A stretch of DNA of 64,000 nt from a virus, in the IMG/VR virus record IMGVR_UViG_3300010373_000003, positions 1-64,000 of that record. One strand, written 5' to 3'. Below, in pieces: positions 48,501 through 58,000 of the stretch (positions are counted from its first letter, which is position 1; the number at the start of each line of letters is the position of its first letter). The notes below the pieces were generated by a model. That model saw nothing but the letters and a program-made list of their open reading frames with translations, made no database searches and was not told where the DNA came from. A program made the position numbers and the translations under genes.

Positions 48501-51500
48501 AAGTGTTATCAATGATCAAACTAATGATTTTATATTAGACAATGATGCAAGAGCTGTAGGTTTAGCAAGTAGTATTACTTTTAATCTATTTAAAACTTCT
48601 CGTAATCTATTTGATAATCTAGAAGGTAAAGATGTTAATAGTTCTGAATTTAATAATATTGTTGATATAGTTGCTGATGATTTATTTACACAAGGTGTAT
48701 CTAGAGGTTATACTAGACAAGCTGCTGTAGATGGTATTAGAATGGCAATGAATATGATACATCGTAGACTTAGTTCTAAGAATATTAGTGGTGCTGATAT
48801 GTTTAAAGTATTAGCTGATCAGCTTGCTAATAAACAAAGAGTTGAAGTTGATAGTGAAGGTAAAGCTTCTACTACTACTCTTATTCCTGATAGTGAATTT
48901 AATCAAGTTATTGATCAGTTCATTGATAATTATATTCAAAATAGAGGAGTATATACTGTTAAAGGATTTAAGACTATTATTAATGTTGAAGATTTGTTTA
49001 GAGAACTATTAAATAATGATGGTATTACTTATGAGCAAGCTAAACATGTATTCTTTAATATAGCTGATTATATCAGAGCAAATAATCCTAAGTATATATT
49101 TATTAATAAGACTGATCTTAATAAGAATCTTAAGACTCCTAGTACTTTTTTTAATAATCTTATTAATAATAAATCAACTGTTGAAACAGTAGATAGTTAT
49201 ATGCATATAGCTGCTCCTTCTAATAAACCTGAAGGTTATGATAAAGCTGTAAATGAAGCTATTAATGGAGAACCAGTTGTTATTAGTTATTTTGAAGGAG
49301 AACGAGGTACTAGTAATAACTCTATTTCTATTAAAAGAAATGGTATTGAGATTGGTTATCTTGGTTCTGTTCAACCTAATCCTATTAATACTGGTTATAA
49401 ATTAAAGAGACAGAATCAAGGTTTTGTTTATGATCTTGTTAATAACAATGGTAACATTGAAAGTAATTTAGATAAACTATTTATACCTCTTATTAATAGA
49501 GAAACTACTAATTATTCTTATTTAATGGATATTGCTTATAAGCAATTTGCTTATGAAAGTGCTATTAAAAATGGATCTTCTAGTCAAGATATTACTTCTG
49601 ATGAAGTGAGAGACATTGTACATAATGCTATGATTAAATCATTAGTTGCTTCAGGAGATATTAAAATACCTGCTGATAAGATTACTGATAAGATGAAGGC
49701 TAAGTATATACTTAATCAAATTAATAACATTATCTTTTATGATAATGCTGCGATTACTACTCCTTTAATATTAGAGAGTTATGCTTATTGGAAGTCTTCT
49801 ACTTTTAATAATTATGTTAATACTCATAAGATACAACAAGGTCTTGATACTAACAAAAAGATTAATACTAAGCTTGTAAATGTTGCTACTGGTAAAGTAT
49901 TATTAGATAATACTAATCATAATATTTCTGATATAGGTTTTACTTATGAACAAAACCCTATTATGATAGTAGATGCTAATGGTAATATTATCAATGAAAA
50001 AGCTAATACTAGTTATAGCAATGTAGCTGGATTTGAAGTAGGCACTATGGGTATGTTGATTACTGATAATCCTAGTGCTCCTATTATAGCTTTATTTACA
50101 GAATCTAATAATGTTTCTAGTAATAAAGAACTTGCTAATAGAGTATATTCTGAACTTACAGATTTACTTACAGGTTTTCAAAATAGAGAAGTTAGTTTTG
50201 ATAAACTAGCTACTTCATTAGGAGATATGTTTAGTGGTCCGGGTATTAGAAGTAATAATCTATTTAGTGGTTATAGTGTTATTAAAACTAATGATAGAAT
50301 AGCTCTTAATATACAAGGTCGTAAAGGAGAGTATAATCTTATTGTTCATAAGTTTGAAAAAGGTTCTAATACAGAAGGAACTGGTATTACTCATATACCT
50401 AATGGTGATAAGAGTAAAGCTAATAGTTCTGTTACTACTAGTAAATCTTTTAATAATGCTATTGCTAAAGAGATTGTTTCTAATCTTACTTTTAATAAAA
50501 CATTCTATGCTATTAACAATAAGAATGTTGATAATGATAAATCTAATCAATATCTGTATAAAGAAGGAGGTAAACTAATAATTGAAATAGGAGGTAAGAA
50601 AGATAGTTATAATAGTTTTGGTCAGTTTGTTTTGACTAATAATGCTTTTAAGACTAATCAAGGTAAAAATAAAGATGGTGGTTTCTTTGACACAACTGAT
50701 GCTGTTAAGTCACTTTACATCAATACTGCAATCATTACCTCGCCCGTAGAGGAAACACCATTGACAGATCGTAATAGAACTGCTTCTGATGTTATTAAAT
50801 CAGCTACTAAGACTGAGAGTGTTAATACTTCTGAAATACTAAGTTTAGCAGGAGTTGAAGAAGATAAGATTGCTGTTCTTACTGGTACTAATCAGTTTGG
50901 TATAGAACTTATTCCTAAGGAATCGTACTTTGATAATCGTGCTACTAAAGCTGAAGCTTATTATAGTAAAGGTAAAATGTACTTTACTAATAAAGGTGCT
51001 AATAATATTAGAAGAAGTCCTAATAACCTTATGAGACTTCTTATTCATGAAAATCTTCATGCTAAGTTTGAAGAACAAGGTTTGTTTCAACAAGCTGGTA
51101 TTGTAGATGATCTTATGAATACTTATAATAGTTTTATTGAAGCTGTTAATAATGATACTACAAGTGCTGAAGTTAAAGTTATTAAAAATTGGATTGAAAC
51201 TAATAAATTTAATCCTATTGATTATATTAGTACTTTATCTGTCGAACAACAAAGAGCATGGATTAATCGTAGTGATGCTGATAAAGCTGCTCAATTTGCT
51301 GAAGAATGGTTAGTTGAAAGTCTTACTCAACCTTCTATTATTAGATATCTTAATAATACTATTTATACTGGAGGAGATGTTTCTGTTGAAGGAATTGATA
51401 ATAGTGCTAAGACTATATGGCAACGTATTATAGATGTTCTATTAAAATTATTTGGTAGAAATAGTGGAAATATAAAAAATAATACTATATTAGCACAACA

Positions 51501-51897
51501 GTATGCTATACTAGGTCGCCAGAACGATGTTAATGTAGCTACTGTAACTGATACTAATTATAATACTCCGGGAGAAACTCCATTGGAGAATGTTACTGAT
51601 GTGCCATTAATAGGAGATACACAAGTTGAAGATACTACTGATCTAGGTTTTGAGAATGAGAGCAAAAGGTTCGATGAACAAAGTGATGTAGATGATCTTG
51701 ATTTTGCTGTTACTTCTATGATAGAAGATGCTGATGAAGTTAGAATTGCCACTAGAGATATTAGTCCTAACCCTAATATGAGTGGTGTTCAAGTTGTTAC
51801 TGATATGAATAAATATGTCAACCAATTCCCTGTACAGGATAGGCCGAGAATAAGCGAAATGCTTACGTCTGCTGAACTTAAATTTAGTTGTCAATAG
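45559..51897 (+). CDS. giant virion protein with C-terminal zincin-like HExxH motif (2112 aa)
   Basis: LIHENLH at 51040-51060 plus downstream AEEWLVE; hydrophobic Gly/Ala-rich N-terminal region. Confidence 0.75.
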   Translation: MDINDFLNNGVTVKNPNYKKPTKRDPSGSPRFIQSGDYNAAVDRDSRIGGFLAENSYDLTGLNNDENKYADYDVRINPVNTKDELDQQRAKNQSAWEQTGRLVTQAVGNEIVLGTALGLSNLVDMGVNIGKEAGKDDYTNPFSTFLEGKQDEIRKAFEIYQENPNETFQVGDFGWWAGNAVSVASTLSMLIPSMAVTKGLGAAGKFAKLERLSTGIAKAASGVGLTKNTATLARAINSGAEIGTAALLSRTMEGYLEARGVYKETYDKSLGKLESMTVDEKAKLFKNNPQFVGMSNEEMASNMSSFSADETFKNDYAMLLFDIAQFKALGSMWKGVANKAVNSTLRTANRNAIAGLADDGAAAIGNMGFFAKRAEIIKHAIKNPMSSLTAIQLSEGLEEGYQGVQTEKGKEIAEKMLDPNFNARTLESYLKDGAIWEQAFWGVVGGMAFQSIGTGVGNLATAVKGKVNKRTMSEEDYALSQMTDEKIREQEIVGRQARMQDFTESMQLLNNGKNPFGYKIDPDTKQPILADGSKVNEDVSQEEAELLKTQLTNDFVTNMVLDATDKGNYDLFKEYVTDQNFDKFFQDAGLESNSGDKSFSRMLVDKMDQTYEEYNGALYDVMNSISVENESVAKIVARSIARRKLQVSDLYNSSDDLANQIATNADTTDYIDYEENQRVKYVKDRIAEIDKKEQGLQEMLTNKQISSQAVDQIIKENNIRRNQLLAFASTGNMFGNPDVISNILSSNINDANTGEFLAEFNKFLATIDQDVKPGTPKKSVQDIVKKKIEVDDHLDYIEKTLPTTQSNYQTEYDDVARNVDRLTVERYDKAVDIVGEYIESQPDLDTAHNNVMTNNVPANIKEQLDILKLGHHSTSKYTSQINSIFREVNNDRTAAAAEARNVNVDNTVTNDTTAENDILDIDGVVAETDNRESVTESSSTGEVIQSDVSKPAAVEEVVNPETFIAPFDIVEEVASLDKATESVINDQTNDFILDNDARAVGLASSITFNLFKTSRNLFDNLEGKDVNSSEFNNIVDIVADDLFTQGVSRGYTRQAAVDGIRMAMNMIHRRLSSKNISGADMFKVLADQLANKQRVEVDSEGKASTTTLIPDSEFNQVIDQFIDNYIQNRGVYTVKGFKTIINVEDLFRELLNNDGITYEQAKHVFFNIADYIRANNPKYIFINKTDLNKNLKTPSTFFNNLINNKSTVETVDSYMHIAAPSNKPEGYDKAVNEAINGEPVVISYFEGERGTSNNSISIKRNGIEIGYLGSVQPNPINTGYKLKRQNQGFVYDLVNNNGNIESNLDKLFIPLINRETTNYSYLMDIAYKQFAYESAIKNGSSSQDITSDEVRDIVHNAMIKSLVASGDIKIPADKITDKMKAKYILNQINNIIFYDNAAITTPLILESYAYWKSSTFNNYVNTHKIQQGLDTNKKINTKLVNVATGKVLLDNTNHNISDIGFTYEQNPIMIVDANGNIINEKANTSYSNVAGFEVGTMGMLITDNPSAPIIALFTESNNVSSNKELANRVYSELTDLLTGFQNREVSFDKLATSLGDMFSGPGIRSNNLFSGYSVIKTNDRIALNIQGRKGEYNLIVHKFEKGSNTEGTGITHIPNGDKSKANSSVTTSKSFNNAIAKEIVSNLTFNKTFYAINNKNVDNDKSNQYLYKEGGKLIIEIGGKKDSYNSFGQFVLTNNAFKTNQGKNKDGGFFDTTDAVKSLYINTAIITSPVEETPLTDRNRTASDVIKSATKTESVNTSEILSLAGVEEDKIAVLTGTNQFGIELIPKESYFDNRATKAEAYYSKGKMYFTNKGANNIRRSPNNLMRLLIHENLHAKFEEQGLFQQAGIVDDLMNTYNSFIEAVNNDTTSAEVKVIKNWIETNKFNPIDYISTLSVEQQRAWINRSDADKAAQFAEEWLVESLTQPSIIRYLNNTIYTGGDVSVEGIDNSAKTIWQRIIDVLLKLFGRNSGNIKNNTILAQQYAILGRQNDVNVATVTDTNYNTPGETPLENVTDVPLIGDTQVEDTTDLGFENESKRFDEQSDVDDLDFAVTSMIEDADEVRIATRDISPNPNMSGVQVVTDMNKYVNQFPVQDRPRISEMLTSAELKFSCQ
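48369..48384 (+). repeat. dispersed 16-bp element, copy 9 (TTCCTCTACGGGGGAG)
   Basis: Encodes SSTGE in an acidic linker. Confidence 0.9.
50739..50754 (-). repeat. dispersed 16-bp element, copy 10 (TTCCTCTACGGGCGAG)
   Basis: + strand CTCGCCCGTAGAGGAA; encodes SPVEE. Confidence 0.9.
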
Positions 51898-51918
51898 TTT
51901 ATACATATATTATATAAA

Positions 51919-51964
51919 ATTGTAGGATATGGCTTTAAAATAGGTCATATCCTACAATACTTTT
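51919..51964 (+). terminator. hairpin / probable terminator between the two giant genes
   Basis: ATTGTAGGATATGGC..GTCATATCCTACAAT inverted repeat, then ACTTTT. Confidence 0.65.
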
Positions 51965-52027
51965 ACGAAAACACATAATGTTTATGTTGTTGATTATATT
52001 GCCAAAACTTATAATAACAATAAAAGA

Positions 52028-55000
52028 ATGAGTTGTATTGAATATGGTTTCACAATCCAAGGGGATGTGGATAACAAACTTGCTAGAAGTGTTGAATATG
52101 TAGCTGGTGCTGATTATACCAAAGCTACTATACTCGCAAGTTATTTCGGGACTGAGGATTTTGCTCAGTACGTTGAACAAGAGACAGAGACAAGAGATTA
52201 CGCTAATGTTAATGCTAACACTATGCGTAGGCTTCTTGGCTCTTTTTTTGTTTCTAGACATAATAGTATTAATAATACTATTAATAAAAAGAATGCTGAT
52301 ACTCTTAATGGTTTTTCTAGTGCTAAAGCTAAAACTATTGCTAAGGATCATACTGCTAATCTTATTATAGAATCTTATTATAATGAGATTAATAAACCTA
52401 AAGCTGATAGGATTGGTAAAGATGCTATCATTAGAGAAGTTAGTAAGACTATTAATAATCATTTTAATTCTAAAGTAGCTGTTCCTCTTATTAAGAGAGT
52501 TCAAGCTGAAAATACTAATAAAGCTGCATTATCTCTTATAGAGAAAGCTTCTGCTATTAATGCTCAGATTAAAGATCTTAATAGACAAAGAACTAATCTT
52601 GTTGCTCAATTTAATCAAGATCAAGAAGAAGGAGTTTCTACAATATTAGATACATCTATTGATGCTATAGGTACACAACTTGCTACTAAAGATTCTGAAA
52701 GATATGTTATATTTAAGAATATTATAGAACTTGCAGGTAATGTTCGTGAAAAGAATTATTCTACTCTTACTTCACAAGTTAGAGGTAATACTTATAGTTG
52801 GTATGAATCAGTGTTTGCTACTTCTAAATTAGTTAACCTTGTTGACGAGTTTAATATTACTCTTGAAAATGATAAAATTATTGAGAGAAATTATACTGAT
52901 GAAAACGATGTTTCTAATCCTGATAGTGACAGTGTTGATGAAATGTCTAAATCTTGGGAAGATAGTCTGTATGGTTCTTTTGATAGACATGTTAATGCTA
53001 AGCTTAAAGTTTATCTTGATAGAGTTTATAGATTAGCTACTCCTACACCTATTGGTAGTAATGAATATCAATTTGATGATAATAATGAATTAGGTGTTCC
53101 TATGACTATAGGTGCTAACTTTATTATTGCACAAATTAGTAACTATGCTACATTTAATTCTGTAGATGATTTTATTAATAGTGTTAGTAGAGTTAGTCAA
53201 ATCAATCCTGCTTTATATGGTTTAAGTAAAGTTGTTAATGATATGCTTGCTGATAGAGTATTTGCTAATCAAGTATTTCAACAACTAGCTAATCCTAAGA
53301 TTGCTAAAACTATTATTACTATAGCAGATAATGATATTAATTTTGATCAAAGTAATAAATCAGCTGATGCACTAAGTCATTTAGTATTTAACTTTATTAA
53401 TTCTGCTAAGTCTAATTATAGAAGTTCTTTTAGTCTTTCTGATAAAGAAAGTATTAAGGATGGATTACTTAATCTTAACAAGGTTAAAGATGTTAATGTA
53501 TTTAACAATGGTGCTATTATTAAATCTACTGATGATTTAATTAATGGTTTACTTGTTAAGTATTTCCCTAAGATAGATAGAAGTTCTGTTAACAATTATT
53601 TACGTAATAATCCTGCTGATAGTGTTAATATTTATAAAGGAGTTTTACAAGATCTATCTGGGTTAATAAATTCTGTTGAAGATATTGTTGATGATTATAA
53701 TTCTAAGTGGGGTGATTATCTTGGACAATATAGAACTTGGGCTAATAAGAGAAAAATTGCTAATGAAATAGGTGAATCTTTTGGAGAACCTATGCCAGTA
53801 TTTGATTATTCTAGTGTAGACTATAATAAACTATATCCTTCTGTTATTAGTTTAGCTAAGAAGTTAGTTAATTATACTGCTGTAAAGAATGAACTTAATA
53901 GTATCAATGCTGAAGGTAATATGGCTTCTGATCTTATTGGAAATAACTATATTACTAATTTCCTTAAACAGATACAGTATGGTACTGCTGAAGAAGCTGA
54001 TGCAGGTCTTAATCGTCTTAAAGATTTTATAACTAAAAGTCCTCAATATAAATATTCTCCTTTTTACTTTGGTACTAAAGATTCTAGAGGTAATACTTTA
54101 GTTGAAGGTTTATTTAATAGAGATATTAGTGGTAAAGTTACTGTAAATCCTAATGCTAGAAATATGATTAATATTTCTTTGTTTGACGGTGCTAAAGATA
54201 GAAGTAACTCTAAATCTACTATGTATAGCGGTATGAGTAAAGGTGATTACTTTCTTACTCAACTTGTAGCTTTTAATACTCCTATTAATTATGTAACTCA
54301 AGAAGGTAATAATGTTCCTACTGCTGGATTCTTTATGCGTACTCCTTCAGATGCTCCTAAGAACTTTATAGTTCAAGCTCCTAAATATAATATAGATGGT
54401 TTATGGCAAGTTGTTACTGCTAGTCGTAATCAATATGTTGCTGATATACAAAAGGAGTTAGGTAATAAGTTTACATTTACTAATGAAGGTCAGTATATAG
54501 ATATGTCTGAAGATATAATTACTGGTTCTATTAAAGGTAAGATATCTAATAATGTCATGACTGCTGAGCAGATTTATGATATGTTTAGAAATCCTATTGA
54601 TAATAAAACTTATACTAATTTATATCATACTTATGATCCTAATACTAATAAAGTATTAATACCTATTATATATAATACAGAAGAAGGACCTCTTATTACT
54701 TATCTTGAAGGAGATAAAGTTGTAGGTACTGTTAATAACATAGCTGAAAACATTGTTATTAAAGAAGTATATACTTTTTCTAATATGTTAGATGGTGTTT
54801 TACCTTATGAATTTCTTATAGATATTGCTGATACTATTACACAAGATGGTATTAATGAAGGTAGGATACAAAGGTCTATTGATAAAAACAATCCTGCTTT
54901 TAGAGCTTTACATGCTCATGCTTTAGGAGAAGTTAATAACTTTGTTAACAATCTTAATAATGTATTTGAGAAGAAGGCTGGTAAATGGGTTACTAAAAGT

Positions 55001-58000
55001 AATACTCATAATCTAATAGATCGTGCTCACTATAATGGTGATAGTGTTGTAAAAGATGGAGTACTTACTGGTAATTTCTTTAACTTTATTAGACTATTTG
55101 AAACACAAGGTTATAAAGCTAATGAAGAGATTAAGAATGCTTTCTTCCTCTACGGGGGAGATACAGCTAACGGTATTGATCCACTGCTCGTTAAGAATAA
55201 GAAAGGTGATCTAACTCTTAATATTAATAGAAAAGATCTTATTGCTATTAATAATAATCATATAGAGCTTAGTATATCTGATAATAACTTAGAAGTTATT
55301 GATTCTGTTGTTGAGAATTGGCTTAATAATTATTATAATGAAGTACTAGATAAAACTTCTCAGTTTAATACTATTATTGAAGATAGATATTCTAATAATG
55401 ATATTGTTGACTATGCTGTTAACAATGCTATTATGGAAATGAACTTTGATGATGTGTTTGAAGGTGATAGTAAGTTCTATAAAGGACCTCAGGATTTCCT
55501 TAAGAGAGCAAAAGAAGTTCAAGCTGCTGGTAAAGCTTATACTGGTTTTAATATTAATGAAGCTATTGGTGGTCCAGTTCATCCTATTAAAGATGCAAGT
55601 GGTGGTGAGATTCCTATAATGGTTAATGGAGTTGAAGTTGCTAAGGCTAGAAATGGTTTTAAAGGTGTTACTATTTATAATACCGTTAGACCTTCTCAAA
55701 GTGCTGGTCAAATAAAACAAGAACTTGTAGGTATACTTACTCCTAGTGTTGGTAAGACTGAAGCTAATCGTATTGCTACTGAAATATCTCAAGGTTATTT
55801 TGATTCTACTAAAGTCAATGATGCTCAATCCTATATTACTCTTGATGAGTTTATAGCTAGACGTCATGCAGATGGTACATTGAATGATTATCAAGATTTA
55901 CTTGCTCAATTAACTGATGATAAAATCAGTGTTGGAGATATGAATCTTAAAGGTATTAATGCTCGTATTCAAGTACAGAAGAACTTCTATTTTGATAAAC
56001 AGTTTGATGATAATACTGGAACCTTTTATCCTAGACAGATTAAGAATGCTGAATTTGTTCTTATTCCTAAGTTGATTAAAGGTACTGATCTTGAAACTCT
56101 TTATAACATAATGAAAGCTAATGGTGTTGACCAAGTTAATACTGTTGAAGCTTCTAAAGCTGCTAAAAAGAATATACTTACTTTTTGGGATAATCAAGGT
56201 GTTGCTAATGCTGAAGCGTTTGATGCTAGTCTTAAAGCTGATAACAATATAGCTATTGAAGACTACTACTATCAGTATCTTTATAAACAACAAGATGTTG
56301 CTGATCATATGGTTAATGAGAAGAACAAAGCTGGTATTCAAATCATGAAGAAAATCATTGATAATGCTAATGCTGAAGTTCAAGGAGATATTGATAATTT
56401 CTTTAATAGCTATGTTGCTAATATTAAAGATGACTTTAATATGCTTCTTAATCGTATGGGTTGGAGAGTTGAAAATGGTTCTTTAGTTGATAGTAGTGGT
56501 AAGACTAATGCTGATGGTAAGAATGTACTTCAATTTGAAGATTTTTATAAGAAAGCACGTGTTGAGGCTCAACGTCTTGGTATGGATTCTAACTTTATAG
56601 AATATCTTACTCCTGATCAGTTTGGTTCTCCTGTTATGCCTAACTATATGAACAATGTCTCTTCTAAGTTAGAAAGTATTGCTCAAAGTATATTTAATAA
56701 TGGTGTTACTAGACAGACTCTTCCTGGATGGCATGCTGCTCAGGTTACTAGTGTTGGACATGGTGTTCCATCATTAGGAGAAGATGGTGTATGGAGAACT
56801 CTTAAGTATCACCCTCAAGTTACTAGAGAAGATGGTACAGTAGTTCAAGAAGCTTATGCTGAAGTTATGCTTCCTAGATGGAGTACTTTAATTCCTAAAG
56901 ATTATGATATTTCTAAGTTAGAATCTGAAGGTATTGATATTCATTTAGGTTATCGTATTCCTACTGAAGGTAAACAATCTATTAGTAATCTAAAAGTTGT
57001 TGCTTTCTTAGATGAGGTTTATGGTTCTACTATTATGGTTCCTGATGAATGGGTAACTCAAACAGGTAGTGACTTTGACGTTGATAGTGTTTATGGTATT
57101 TCTCATGAAATATATAAAGACAGAGAGGGTACTATTAAGAAAGTACAGTTTGATAACTCTACAGAAGTTAAAGATGTTGAACGTAGATATGTTAATTATA
57201 TTAATGGAGCTATAGAACATCGTGTAGATAAAGATATTATACCTGATGAGTTTATAACTGATAAAGTTAATGAAGCTAGAGATCAAATTAAAGACTTAGA
57301 TATTGTTAGAAAAGAATCTAAATATCTTGGTGAATTGATTTCTAATCATGGTAGTATTTATAGACAACTTCCTACTGAGGTTCAAGATCAAGTTAAATCT
57401 ATTAATAGAAGATTTAGAACTGGTAATATATATGATAGATACAATGCTTTAGCTGCTACATTTGAAGTACTATCTTCTCAGGAAACTGGAGAACTTAAAG
57501 ATGTTTATGAAGAATTTGGTTCTTATAGTGAGGCTATTGCTAATGCTTATGAATATATTAAAAGTATAGATACTGATTCTATTCCTAAGTTTAATAAGTC
57601 TGAAGTTATTAAAGGTATATTTGAAAATGCTCGTATTGAGTATTTAAATAAAGTTAAGAAAGCTGCTAAAGCTTCTAATCTTGTTACTTATGAAGAGTTT
57701 GCTAATTGGTCTATAGAAGATCAGAATAGTCGTAAGGCTCGTAATAATAGGATATTAGATAGTATGATTAATGTTATGAATAATAGTAATTCTCGTGAAG
57801 AGAACTATTCTCGTAGTAATTTTGATGATCTATCTAATGCTATGAAGAAAATGAATGCTCTTCGTGGTGCTTCCTCTATTGTTCGTAGTGCTTATAATCC
57901 TTTAGATCAAGTTGATTTTATGGAGAATGCTATGAGTGGTGCTACTCTTAAAGCTTTCTCTGTTACTAGAGATACTTTTAATTCTGTTAATAACTATACA

